A stretch of 13,333 nucleotides of DNA from Alphaproteobacteria bacterium (GCA_963667785.2 CAXXMU010000003.1:1-13333), one strand, 5' to 3'. Shown: positions 1 through 10,190, numbered from the stretch's first letter. Translations and numbers: made by a program. Notes: generated by a model not told the origin, from the letters alone.

Positions 1-2
1 AC

Positions 3-419
3 GCACCGGCGCCCTGGAACGCGAATCCCGCCTTCGGCTCCGTCAACATCGCCCGCTGGGTCTACGTGGCCGAGACCGACGAAGCGGCGAAGGAGGAGAG
101 CGCGCCCGGCATCATCCGCCACCTCGAAGCCTTCCTCGGCAAGAAGACGGCGGGTTATCTCGGCAAGGTCTCGGAGAAGGAGGGGGCTGCGGCGATCGAC
201 TACGACACGCTGCTGGAGACCACCCTGATCCACGGCGCGCCCGACACGGTGATCGCCCGCATCCGCGCGCTCCGCGCCGCCACCGGCCTCGACTCCCTGC
301 TGCTCCACTACCCGCCCTACTATGGCGAGGCGAACCTGTTGAAAAGCCTGCGGCTTTTCGCCGAGGCCGTGATCCCGGCCTTCCGTGCGCCCGCAGGCAG
401 CACCGAGGCCGCCGAATAG
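3..419 (+). CDS. LLM-class (luciferase-like) flavin-dependent oxidoreductase, C-terminal part (5' truncated by window edge)
   Basis: Frame is open from position 3 (APAPWNANPAFGSVNIARWVYVAETDEAA...). It contains the typical LLM C-terminal pattern 'VYVAETDEAA...IHGAPDTVIARIRAL...GLDSLLL...SLRLFAEAVIPAF' and ends at TAG 417-419. Confidence 0.8.
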   Translation, partial: APAPWNANPAFGSVNIARWVYVAETDEAAKEESAPGIIRHLEAFLGKKTAGYLGKVSEKEGAAAIDYDTLLETTLIHGAPDTVIARIRALRAATGLDSLLLHYPPYYGEANLLKSLRLFAEAVIPAFRAPAGSTEAAE

Positions 420-472
420 CGCCCGGAAGCCCGCAGACCGCTCAATTTTGGCTGCCGATATGAAGTTTTGGC

Positions 473-501
473 TTAGATCAGGCGCCAAGTTTGGGTACAA
501 T
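473..501 (+). promoter_or_regulatory. Putative sigma70-type promoter for the small ORF / Fe-S oxidoreductase / DUF3501 unit
   Basis: TTAGAT (473-478), 17-bp spacer, TACAAT (496-501), in an AT-richer intergenic patch about 50 nt upstream of ATG 551. The -10 is good and the -35 is weak. Confidence 0.45.
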
Positions 502-550
502 GGTCCGACCGGAGGCCCACCACACTACTTCGCTAGGGAACACGCGCCAA

Positions 551-766
551 ATGATGTCGCTCGCGCCTCAACGACGGACCAAATGGGATGCGCGGCGTGA
601 AGCCGCCAGGAATGTGGATCGCGGACCGGGGATGATCTCGCTCTCCGACGAACTCGCGGAGCTCGATCGCCTGGAGGCGCAAGAGAGCCAGCGCCGCTGC
701 CTGCGCTGCGGCCGCCAATTCGACAGCGCGGGGCCGGGAAACCGGCTCTGCGGTTCGTGCCGGTAG
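551..766 (+). CDS. Small hypothetical protein (71 aa) with C-terminal CxxC-x13-CxxC metal-binding motif
   Basis: ATG 551 (alternatives 554, 632) with AGGGAA about 10 nt upstream. The C-terminus reads RRCLRCGRQFDSAGPGNRLCGSCR. The 3' half has GC-rich third codon positions, and the stop lies 13 nt before the next gene. Confidence 0.65.
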   Translation: MMSLAPQRRTKWDARREAARNVDRGPGMISLSDELAELDRLEAQESQRRCLRCGRQFDSAGPGNRLCGSCR

Positions 767-779
767 CACAGCCGTCTCG

Positions 780-2139
780 ATGGCCGACGAGGGCGCGCCC
801 TTCCGCCATCCCATAGACTGGCGAAACCCCGACTTCTACGACAGCGAGGCGCTGGAGAAGGAGACGCGCCGCGTCTTCGACATCTGCCACGGCTGCCGGC
901 GCTGCTTCAGCCTCTGCGACTCCTTCCCGCGCCTGTTCGACCTGATCGACGAATCGGAAACCGGCGAGCTGGATTCGGTCGGGTCGGCCGGCTTTCAAGT
1001 CGGTCGTGGACGCCTGCACGCTCTGCGACATGTGCTTCATGACCATGTGCCCCTACACGCCGCCGCACGAGTGGGATGTCGACTTTCCCCACCTCATGCT
1101 GCGCCACCGCGCCGCCGACCGCCGCGCGGGCCGGCGCCACACCACCGCATCCAGGCGGCTCGCCGAGACGGACAAGAACGGCCGCCTCGCCCGCACGCTT
1201 GCGCCGGTGATGAACTGGGGCTCGGCCCGGAGCAACACGCTCACCCGGGCGCTGATGCAGGCCACAGCCGGCGTTCACAAGGAGGCGCCGCTGCCGCGCT
1301 ACCACCGCCGCACCCTGCTCGACCGCGCGGCCAGGGGCGCGCCGGCGGTCAACCGGCAGGCGCCTGCGGCCGGGCGCAAGGTGGTCCTCTACGCGACCTG
1401 CTTCGCCAACTACAACCAGCCGGAGGTCGGCGTGGCGGCCCGCAAGGTGCTGGCGCACAACGGGGTGGAGACCGCCGTCGTCTATCCCCGCTGCTGCGGC
1501 ATGCCGCAGCTCGAGGAGGGGGACATCGAGCGGGTCGCGGAGAGCGCGCGGGAGACGGCCGCGGCGCTCGGCGAATGGATCGACCGAGGCTACGACGTCG
1601 TGTCTCTGGTGGCGAGCTGCGCCCTCATGCTCAAGCTCGAGTGGCCGCTGATCCTGCCGGACGACCCAGCGGTCAAGCGGCTCGCCGAGCACAGCCACGA
1701 CATCTGCGAGTATGTCGTCGGCATCGCCCGCTCGGAGGGGTTGGCATCGGGGCTCGCCCCGCTGGATGGTGCCGTCACGCTCCACCTGCCGTGCCACGAG
1801 CGGGCCCAGAACGTCGGGCGCAAGTCCGCCGACATGCTGGCGTACGTGCCGGAGACCGAGGTTTCCGTCATCGAGCGCTGCTCCGGCCACGGCGGCTCCA
1901 TCGGCGTCACCAAGGGCTTCCACGAGACCGCGCTGAAGGTGGGGCGCACCACCGCGCGCCGGGCGCGCGAGGCGGCCAACCCCTACCTCGCCTCGGAATG
2001 CCCGCTCGCCGGCGCTCACATCGTGAACGGGATCGGCCGCCAGGCGGCCAAGGAAGGCGATGCCACGGCCGGCCTTCCCGCCGCCGGCCGCGCCCATCAC
2101 CCGATAGAGCTGCTGGCCCGTGCCTACGGCCTCGCCTGA
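780..2139 (+). pseudogene. Frameshifted GlpC/heterodisulfide-reductase-like Fe-S oxidoreductase (rubrerythrin-associated type); about 452 aa if one base at 993-996 is removed. Could be a sequencing error, a real pseudogene or a recoded gene
   Basis: The frame from 780 gives RHPIDW...RRVFDICHGCRRCFSLCDSFPRLFDLIDESETGELD (first 4Fe-4S motif). The +1 frame continues FKSVVDACTLCDMCFMTMCPY.PPHEW.VDFPHLMLR (second motif), then CCG-domain motifs (YATCF, RCCGMP, ASCAL, LPCH, RCSGHGG, SECPLA) and HPIELLARAYG. The junction is ggc ttt c aag tcg gtc gtg gac. Confidence 0.85.
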
Positions 2140-2140
2140 G

Positions 2141-2752
2141 ATGACGAGCCAGCCGCGCCGGGCGCTCACCCGCGCCGACGTCATGGACATGGCGGACTAT
2201 GCCAGGGTCCGGAAGGAGCGCCGCGCCGCCGTCACGGCGCTGAAGCGCCATCGCCGGCTCGCCGTCGGCCCGTTCGCCACCTTTCACTTCGAGTCCTTCG
2301 AGACCATGTGGATGCAGGTGCACGAGATGCTTCACATCGAGCAGGGCGGCGAGGAGCAGATCGCGGGCGAGCTGGAGGCCTACAATCCGCTGATCCCGCC
2401 GGGCGACGCGCTGATCGCGACGCTCATGCTGGAGATCGACGACCCGGCGCGGCGGGAGCGGGAGCTCTACCGCCTGGCGGGGATCGAGGACGCCGTCAGG
2501 CTGGAGGTCGGCGGCACAGCCGTCGCCGCCGAGCCGATCGAGGACGAGGTCGCGCGCACGACCGAGGACGGCAAGACCTCCTCGATCCACTTTCTGCGCT
2601 TCCCCGTGGCATCGGCGGCAGCCGCGGCCTTTCGCACGCCGGGCGCGCGGGTGCTGCTGGGTATCGATCATCCGGCATACGGCCACCTCGCCATCATGCC
2701 GGAGGAAACCCGCGCCGCCCTGGCCGAGGACCTGGACGACGGCGCGGCCTGA
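2141..2752 (+). CDS. DUF3501 family protein (203 aa)
   Basis: ATG 1 nt after the Fe-S gene stop. Motifs 'Y...R...R......K..RRLAVGP..TFHFE.FETMW.QVHEMLHIE.GG.EQI..ELEAYNPLIP....LIATLMLEIDD...R' and 'GKTSSIHFLRF...LGIDHPAY' match my recollection of DUF3501. The family is known to sit next to this Fe-S oxidoreductase. Confidence 0.88.
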   Translation: MTSQPRRALTRADVMDMADYARVRKERRAAVTALKRHRRLAVGPFATFHFESFETMWMQVHEMLHIEQGGEEQIAGELEAYNPLIPPGDALIATLMLEIDDPARRERELYRLAGIEDAVRLEVGGTAVAAEPIEDEVARTTEDGKTSSIHFLRFPVASAAAAAFRTPGARVLLGIDHPAYGHLAIMPEETRAALAEDLDDGAA

Positions 2753-2777
2753 AAGGCGCTCCTCCTGGCCCGCGCGA

Positions 2778-3380
2778 TCAGGGCGGCGGCGGCTTGACGC
2801 CCCAGAGGGCGGTCTCGCGCACCCAACCCTCTTCGCCAGCCAGCGCGATCCGGCACCAGCCCTCCTCGCAGGCCAGCAGGTTGGCGATGACGCCGGCCTC
2901 GGCACGCAGCACCGCCGGCGAGCCAGAGAGCGGCCTCTCGTGGACCGTCTGCACGCCCTCCATGATGAGGACGGTGCGGTGCACGGAAAGCAGCGACTTG
3001 TGCATCCAGCCCTTCGTGCCCTCGTGATCGCGCACCCAGCGCCACTGGTCGAAATTCGCGATCACCAGCAGCGGCAGACCGGGGCGCGTGTAGACCCATT
3101 CGATGGGATAGCGCCGGCCGGGGCCGACCCTGAGATTGGCGCGCTCCGCCTTGAGCGAGACGAAGCGCTCGCCATCCTGGGCGTAAGCCTCGGATCCCGC
3201 GAGCGCGGCAACCGCGCCGAGGAGTGTCGCCAGCGCCGCGACGAGAGCGGCCCCGCGGGCGGCTGCGAAGAGGCGCGAAGAGCTGCGGCGGCCATGCTCG
3301 CACGCCACATCCGCGCGCCGGATGGGGCGGCGGGCGGTCATGGCAGGCACCCGGGCCCGCGCGGTAGTTTGAGTCGCCAT
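2778..3380 (-). CDS. Exported tandem bacterial SH3 (SH3_4-type) domain protein; start uncertain (3380, 3341 or 3308)
   Basis: A hydrophobic signal-like segment ending AYA is followed by 'RFVSLK...ANLRVGPG.RYPIEWVY.RPGLPL.VIA.FDQWR.VRD.EG..GWMHKSLLS' and a second repeat 'C...WCRI......GWV....LWG'. Divergent from a 2-hydroxyacid dehydrogenase, an arrangement I recall as common in alphaproteobacteria. Confidence 0.88.
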   Translation of the reverse strand: MATQTTARARVPAMTARRPIRRADVACEHGRRSSSRLFAAARGAALVAALATLLGAVAALAGSEAYAQDGERFVSLKAERANLRVGPGRRYPIEWVYTRPGLPLLVIANFDQWRWVRDHEGTKGWMHKSLLSVHRTVLIMEGVQTVHERPLSGSPAVLRAEAGVIANLLACEEGWCRIALAGEEGWVRETALWGVKPPPP

Positions 3381-3448
3381 GGGGCGTTTGCTAAACAAGC
3401 TGCCTGTTGCGGTCGGATCGTGCCCGCCGAGCCGCGCGCGGAGGGTCG

Positions 3449-4438
3449 ATGAGGCCTGGCAGAAAGCTCAAGGTGATCGTGACGCGGCGTCTCCCGCGGG
3501 AGATCGAGGCGCGCATGATGGAGCTTTTCGACACCCGACTCAACGAGGATGATCGGCCGCTGGATCGCGCCGCCATGACGCAGGCCGTGGCGGAGGCCGA
3601 CGTGCTCGTGCCCACGGTGACGGACACGATCGACGGCGACCTCATCGGCCAGGCCGGCCCGGACCTCAAGCTGATCGCGAGCTTCGGCACTGGCGTCGAT
3701 CACATCGACCTCGCCGCCGCCCGGCAGCGCGACATCCTGGTGACCAACACGCCGGGCGTGCTGACCGAGGACACGGCGGACATGACGATGGCGCTGATCC
3801 TCGCGGTGCCGCGCCGGCTCTCCGAGGGCGACCGGCTGCTGCGCGGCGGCGACTGGCAGGGATGGGCGCCGACCACCATGCTGGGGCACCGGATCTGGGG
3901 CAAGCGCCTCGGCATCATCGGCATGGGGCGGATCGGCCAGGCGGTCGCGCGCAGGGCGCGGGGCTTCGGCCTTTCCGTCCACTACCACAACCGCAACCGC
4001 CTCGACGACGAGACCGAAGCCGAGCTCGAGGCGACGTGGTGGCAGAGCCTGGATCAGATGCTGGCCCATATGGACTTCGTTTCGATCCACTGTCCGAGCA
4101 CGCCGGCGACCTATCACCTGCTGTCGGCCCGGCGGCTCGGCCTGCTGCGGCCGCAAGCCTACGTCATCAACACCTCGCGTGGCCACGCCATCGACGAGGC
4201 GGCCCTGGTGCGCCTGCTCGAGGCCGGCAGGATCGCGGGCGCAGGGCTGGACGTGTACGAGAACGAGCCCGTCGTCACGCCGAAGCTGCTCACGCTCGAC
4301 AACGTGGTGGCGCTCCCCCACATCGGCTCCGCAACCATCGAGGGGCGCCGCGACATGGGCGAGAAGGTGCTGATCAACATTCAGACCTTCGCCGACGGGC
4401 ACAACCCGCCCGACCGGGTCATCGATCCGGCGGATTGA
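3449..4438 (+). CDS. D-isomer-specific 2-hydroxyacid dehydrogenase (D-glycerate dehydrogenase / glyoxylate reductase-like)
   Basis: GGAGGG SD (3440-3445) before ATG 3449. Motifs: GTGVDHID, NTPGVLTEDTAD, Rossmann GIIGMGRIG, and catalytic R (NTSRG), E (DVYENEP) and H (LPHIGSAT). Confidence 0.93.
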   Translation: MRPGRKLKVIVTRRLPREIEARMMELFDTRLNEDDRPLDRAAMTQAVAEADVLVPTVTDTIDGDLIGQAGPDLKLIASFGTGVDHIDLAAARQRDILVTNTPGVLTEDTADMTMALILAVPRRLSEGDRLLRGGDWQGWAPTTMLGHRIWGKRLGIIGMGRIGQAVARRARGFGLSVHYHNRNRLDDETEAELEATWWQSLDQMLAHMDFVSIHCPSTPATYHLLSARRLGLLRPQAYVINTSRGHAIDEAALVRLLEAGRIAGAGLDVYENEPVVTPKLLTLDNVVALPHIGSATIEGRRDMGEKVLINIQTFADGHNPPDRVIDPAD

Positions 4439-4467
4439 GGCAGGTCCCTGACAGGGAGGAGACGGCG

Positions 4468-5220
4468 ATGATGCTGGCGGACCGCGTGGCGATCGTGACC
4501 GGGGGCGGCTCGGGCATCGGGCAGGCGACGGCGCGCGCGCTGGCCGCCGAAGGCGCGGCGGTCATGGTCGCCGATATCGACGAGGCCGGCGGCGAGGGGG
4601 CGGCGGCGGAGATCCGCGACGGCGGCGGCAGGGCGGCGTTCCTCCGCACCGACGTGGCCGAGGCGGACCAGGTCGACGCCCTCGTGGACAAGACTCTCGG
4701 CGATTTCGGGCGGCTCGACCTCGCCTACAACAACGCCGGCATCGAAGGCCCCCAGGCCCTGCTGGCGGAGCAGGACATGGAGGACGTGCAGCACGTCTTC
4801 GCCGTCATGATCGAGGGCGTCTACCTCTGCATGCAGGCGGAGATCCCGGCGATGCTGGAGTCCGGCGGCGGGTCGATCGTCAACGCGGGCTCCATGTGGG
4901 GGCTTGCCGCCTACCCGCTCTGGTCGCCCTACATGACCGCGAAGCACGCGGTCTCCGGCATGACCAGGGCGGCCGCGCTCGACTATGCGAAGGACGGCAT
5001 CCGGGTGAACGCGGTGGCGCCGGGGCCGATCCTGACGCCGCTCCTGCTGCGGGGCTGGGACAACGATCCCTCCAACGCATCGGGCCGCGTGCCGATGGGG
5101 CGGATCGGCCGGCCCGAGGAGGTCGCCGACGCGGTGGTCTGGCTGCTCTCGGACCGGGCGAGCTTCGTCACCGGCCACGTGCTGCCCGTGGACGGCGGCA
5201 TGCTGGCGGAGAAGGGTTGA
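4468..5220 (+). CDS. Classical short-chain dehydrogenase/reductase (SDR, 250 aa)
   Basis: GGAGGAG SD before ATG ATG 4468/4471. Motifs: TGGGSGIG, acidic VADID (suggests NAD(H)), NNAGI, IVNAGS, catalytic YMTAK, IRVNAVAPG and VTG..LPVDGG. Confidence 0.93.
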   Translation: MMLADRVAIVTGGGSGIGQATARALAAEGAAVMVADIDEAGGEGAAAEIRDGGGRAAFLRTDVAEADQVDALVDKTLGDFGRLDLAYNNAGIEGPQALLAEQDMEDVQHVFAVMIEGVYLCMQAEIPAMLESGGGSIVNAGSMWGLAAYPLWSPYMTAKHAVSGMTRAAALDYAKDGIRVNAVAPGPILTPLLLRGWDNDPSNASGRVPMGRIGRPEEVADAVVWLLSDRASFVTGHVLPVDGGMLAEKG

Positions 5221-5235
5221 ACGGGCGCAGCCCCC

Positions 5236-6693
5236 TCAGTCCCGCCAGAAGCGGGGGACGAACAGCACCAGTACCGTGAAGAGCTCCAGCCGGCCAAGCA
5301 GCATCGCGGCCGAAAGCAGCCACTTCGCAGGCTCCGGCAGGGGCTGGAAGGTGCCGGAGGGGCCGATGGTCTCGCCGAGGCCGGGGCCGACGTTGGCGAT
5401 GGCCGTGGCCGCGCCGCTGACGCTGGTCACGTAGTCGAGGCCCATCATCGCCAGCCCCAAGGCGACGAGCCCGAAGCTCACCACGAACAGGAAGAAGAAC
5501 CCCATCACCGCCGGCGGCACGCTTTGCGGAATCGGCCGCCTGTTGAACTTGCTGATGAAGACGCCGTGGGGCTGGATGAGCTGGCGAATCTGGAGCAGCG
5601 ACGTGGATGCGAGGACCTGAATTCGGAAGACCTTCACGCCGCCCGTGGTGGCGCCGGTGCAGCCGCCGATGAACATGAGCAGCGTGAAGACCGGGAGCGC
5701 GAACGTGCCCCAGGCCGAGAAGTCGGCGGTGGAATAGCCGGTGCCGGTCAGGATCGAGATGCCGTTGAAGGCCGCCTGGCGAAACGCGTCGGTCGGCGCC
5801 GCGTCGTTGGCCACCATCAGCCAGCCCGCGAGCGAAACCAGGGCGAACAGCACCAGCCCGAAGAACCACTGCACCTGCGTATCGCGGACGAGCGCGCTCC
5901 AGCCGCCGCGCACGGTCTGCAGATAGAGCACGAAGGGCAGCGAGCCCAGCACCATGTAGACGGTGGCGATCCCTTCGATCGCGTCGTTGCGGAAATGGCC
6001 GAGGGAATCGTCGGAGGTCGAGAAGCCGCCGGTGGCGATGGTCGTCATCGCGTGGCACACGGCCTCGAAGGGCGTCATGCCCGCGGCCCAGTAGGCGATG
6101 CCGTTGCTGAAGGTGAGCGCGAGGTAGACCAAGCCGATCGCGCCGGCGAGCTGGGCCGCACGCGGCAGCACCTTCTCGGAGCTGTCCGACGATTCCGTGT
6201 GGAAGAGCTGCATGCCGCCGACCCTCAGCATCGGCAGGATCGCAATCGCCGTAACGATGATGCCGATGCCGCCCAGCCACTGCAGGAGCGCGCGCCAGAG
6301 CAGGATTCCCGGCGGCGCCTGATCGAGCCCGACGATGACCGTGGACCCGGTCGTCGTGAGACCCGACATCGCCTCGAAGTAGGCGTCGGTGTAGGTGAGT
6401 TCGAGTTCGCAAAACGCGAACGGCAGAGCCGCGAACGCGGCGACGACGATCCAGCTCACGGTGGTGAGCACGAAGGCCTGGCGCACCGTCAGCCGCGGCT
6501 CCCGCATCCTGTTGGAGAGCACCAGGCAGGTGCCGATGAAGAGCGTGAAGACGCTCGATGCCAGAAAGACCTGCCAGTCGGGATCGCCCGCCACCCCGTC
6601 GGCGATCGCGGGCAGCGCCATCGCGAGCGCAAGGGTGATCAGCAGAATGCCGACGACGAAGAGAACCGGCCGGAAATCCCTGACCGAGCCCAT
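5236..6693 (-). CDS. trkH: TrkH family potassium uptake membrane protein
   Basis: 485-aa polytopic membrane protein with four pore-loop motifs (FEAMSGLTTTG, TTIATGGFS, SILTGTGY, ANVGPG), plus LQWLGGIG, GGCTGATTGGVK and MLLGRLE. Confidence 0.95.
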   Translation of the reverse strand: MGSVRDFRPVLFVVGILLITLALAMALPAIADGVAGDPDWQVFLASSVFTLFIGTCLVLSNRMREPRLTVRQAFVLTTVSWIVVAAFAALPFAFCELELTYTDAYFEAMSGLTTTGSTVIVGLDQAPPGILLWRALLQWLGGIGIIVTAIAILPMLRVGGMQLFHTESSDSSEKVLPRAAQLAGAIGLVYLALTFSNGIAYWAAGMTPFEAVCHAMTTIATGGFSTSDDSLGHFRNDAIEGIATVYMVLGSLPFVLYLQTVRGGWSALVRDTQVQWFFGLVLFALVSLAGWLMVANDAAPTDAFRQAAFNGISILTGTGYSTADFSAWGTFALPVFTLLMFIGGCTGATTGGVKVFRIQVLASTSLLQIRQLIQPHGVFISKFNRRPIPQSVPPAVMGFFFLFVVSFGLVALGLAMMGLDYVTSVSGAATAIANVGPGLGETIGPSGTFQPLPEPAKWLLSAAMLLGRLELFTVLVLFVPRFWRD

Positions 6694-6719
6694 CGGACGG
6701 CCTTCGCAGCCTTAAGCCG

Positions 6720-6741
6720 GGCCCGGCGATGCGGCCGGGCC
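6720..6741. other. GC-rich stem-loop between the folE stop and the trkH start
   Basis: GGCCCGGC (6720-6727), loop GATGCG, GCCGGGCC (6734-6741). There is no real U-tract, so it is not called a terminator. Confidence 0.3.
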
Positions 6742-6748
6742 GGGCGGC

Positions 6749-7399
6749 CTAGCGCGGCACCGAGGCCGCCGGGTTCCCGATCATGCTGAGAAACTCGCGG
6801 CGGGTCTTCGGGTCCGTGCGAAACGTGCCGAGCATCCGGCTCGTCACCATGAGGACTCCCTCCTTGGAGACGCCACGCGTGGTCATGCAATGGTGCGCCG
6901 CCTCGATCACGACGCCGACGCCGCGCGGCTGCAGCACCGTCTCGATGGAATCGGCGATCTCCGCGGTCAGCTTTTCCTGGATCTGCAGGCGCCGGGCGTA
7001 GACATCCACCACGCGCGCGAGCTTGCTGATCCCGATCACGCGGTTGTCGGGCAGATAGCCGATGTGGGCGCGGCCGACGATCGGCGCCACGTGGTGCTCG
7101 CAGTGCGAGCGGAAGTCGATGTCGCGGAGGACGACCATCTCGTCGTAGCCGTTCGTCTCCTCGAACGTGCGCCGCAGGATCGCGTAGGGGTCCTGGCCGT
7201 AGCCCCTGAAATACTCCTCGTAGGCGCGCACGACGCGCTTAGGCGTATCCAGCAGCCCCTCGCGCTCGGGATCGTCGCCGGCCCAGCGGAGCAGCACGCG
7301 CACCGCCTGCTCGGCCTCGTCCCGCGTCGGCCGCGCGCCGGCTCCCTGGGGCGTGTCGTCGTCGGCGCCGGCTACGGGCGCGCGCTGGCTGTCGTCCAC
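6749..7399 (-). CDS. folE: GTP cyclohydrolase I (216 aa)
   Basis: GTG at 7399 with AAGGAGA SD about 6 nt upstream, a better start than the ORF-track 7447. Motifs: [37 protein letters not shown] and [10 protein letters not shown]. Confidence 0.96.
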   Translation of the reverse strand: MDDSQRAPVAGADDDTPQGAGARPTRDEAEQAVRVLLRWAGDDPEREGLLDTPKRVVRAYEEYFRGYGQDPYAILRRTFEETNGYDEMVVLRDIDFRSHCEHHVAPIVGRAHIGYLPDNRVIGISKLARVVDVYARRLQIQEKLTAEIADSIETVLQPRGVGVVIEAAHHCMTTRGVSKEGVLMVTSRMLGTFRTDPKTRREFLSMIGNPAASVPR

Positions 7400-7512
7400 G
7401 GGCGGTCTCCTTCTCCGGCCCCCGAGGCCGGTTGTGCGTTGCCGCAAGGCCGCAGCGAAGCGGCTTCGGCGTCGTTCGGTTGTCTGGTCAGCGTGCCGGC
7501 GGCTGCGCGGCT

Positions 7513-7905
7513 TCAGTTAAGCTGCACGGACGCACTCGGCGCGTCGAGCGAGAATGCCGGAATATCCACATCGAAGCGCTCGCCGTCCAGCGTTTCCATC
7601 TCGTAGGTGCCGACCATGATCCCGGTCGTGGTGTTGAGCGGGCAGCCACTCGTGTACTCGAACGCCTCTCCCGGCCGCAGCACGGGCTGCTCGCCGACGA
7701 CCCCGGGCCCGCGCACCTCCTGCATGCGGCCCAGGCCGTCGGTGATCTGCCAGTAGCGGTTCAGGAGCTGCACCACGTCCTGGCCGTTGTTCTGAATGCG
7801 GATGTGATAGGCGAACACGAAGTGGTTGTCGTCCGGCTCCGACTGCTCCTCCAGATAGAAGGGCTTGACCGTGATCTCGATCGCCCGCGTTTCCTTCTGG
7901 TACAT
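7513..7905 (-). CDS. apaG: ApaG (DUF525) protein (130 aa)
   Basis: GGAGGA, 5 nt, then ATG 7905. Motifs: FAYHIRI.N.G...[35 protein letters not shown] and IPAFSL. Confidence 0.95.
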   Translation of the reverse strand: MYQKETRAIEITVKPFYLEEQSEPDDNHFVFAYHIRIQNNGQDVVQLLNRYWQITDGLGRMQEVRGPGVVGEQPVLRPGEAFEYTSGCPLNTTTGIMVGTYEMETLDGERFDVDIPAFSLDAPSASVQLN

Positions 7906-7932
7906 CCACATCCTCCGAAAAAGTCGGCTCGC

Positions 7933-7961
7933 ACTATCTGCCCGGCGCCGCCGTTTGTCCA
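7933..7961 (-). promoter_or_regulatory. Putative sigma70 promoter for apaG(-folE-trkH)
   Basis: On the minus strand: TGGACA (7961-7956), 17-bp spacer, GATAGT (7938-7933), about 27 nt upstream of the apaG ATG. Confidence 0.55.
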
Positions 7962-8012
7962 GAACGGTCGCGTGCCGTGAGGCACCTCTGGCGCGGGGCG
8001 GCGGGCCGCCCC

Positions 8013-8018
8013 TATAGT
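8013..8018 (+). promoter_or_regulatory. Putative -10 element of uvrB (leaderless-type spacing)
   Basis: TATAGT ends 6 nt before ATG 8025. There is no SD and no convincing -35. Confidence 0.45.
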
Positions 8019-8024
8019 GCGCCC

Positions 8025-10190
<2,166 letters not shown>

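Noticed and set aside
1006-2139. 377-aa ORF as an independent gene starting at GTG 1006
   Set aside because: It has no SD and lacks the first 4Fe-4S motif, which is encoded in the upstream frame. It is the 3' part of one gene.
996-2144. Arg/Gly/Pro-rich tail of the 454-aa ORF 780..2144 as a real protein
   Set aside because: It is out-of-frame read-through after the indel. In this frame codons begin on GC-rich third positions, so stop codons are naturally rare.
3386-3396. GTTT-GCT-AAAC mini-palindrome in the SH3/dehydrogenase divergent region
   Set aside because: The arms are only 4 bp, which cannot be distinguished from chance or an ordinary promoter sequence.
3862-4467. Long N-terminal extension of the SDR (452-aa ORF)
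   Set aside because: It overlaps the dehydrogenase in another frame and has low-complexity composition. A strong SD and ATG sit at 4468.
7906-8024. SOS/LexA box upstream of uvrB
   Set aside because: Neither GTTC-N7-GTTC/GAAC-N7-GAAC nor CTGT-N8-ACAG is present. There is only a single GAAC at 7962-7965.
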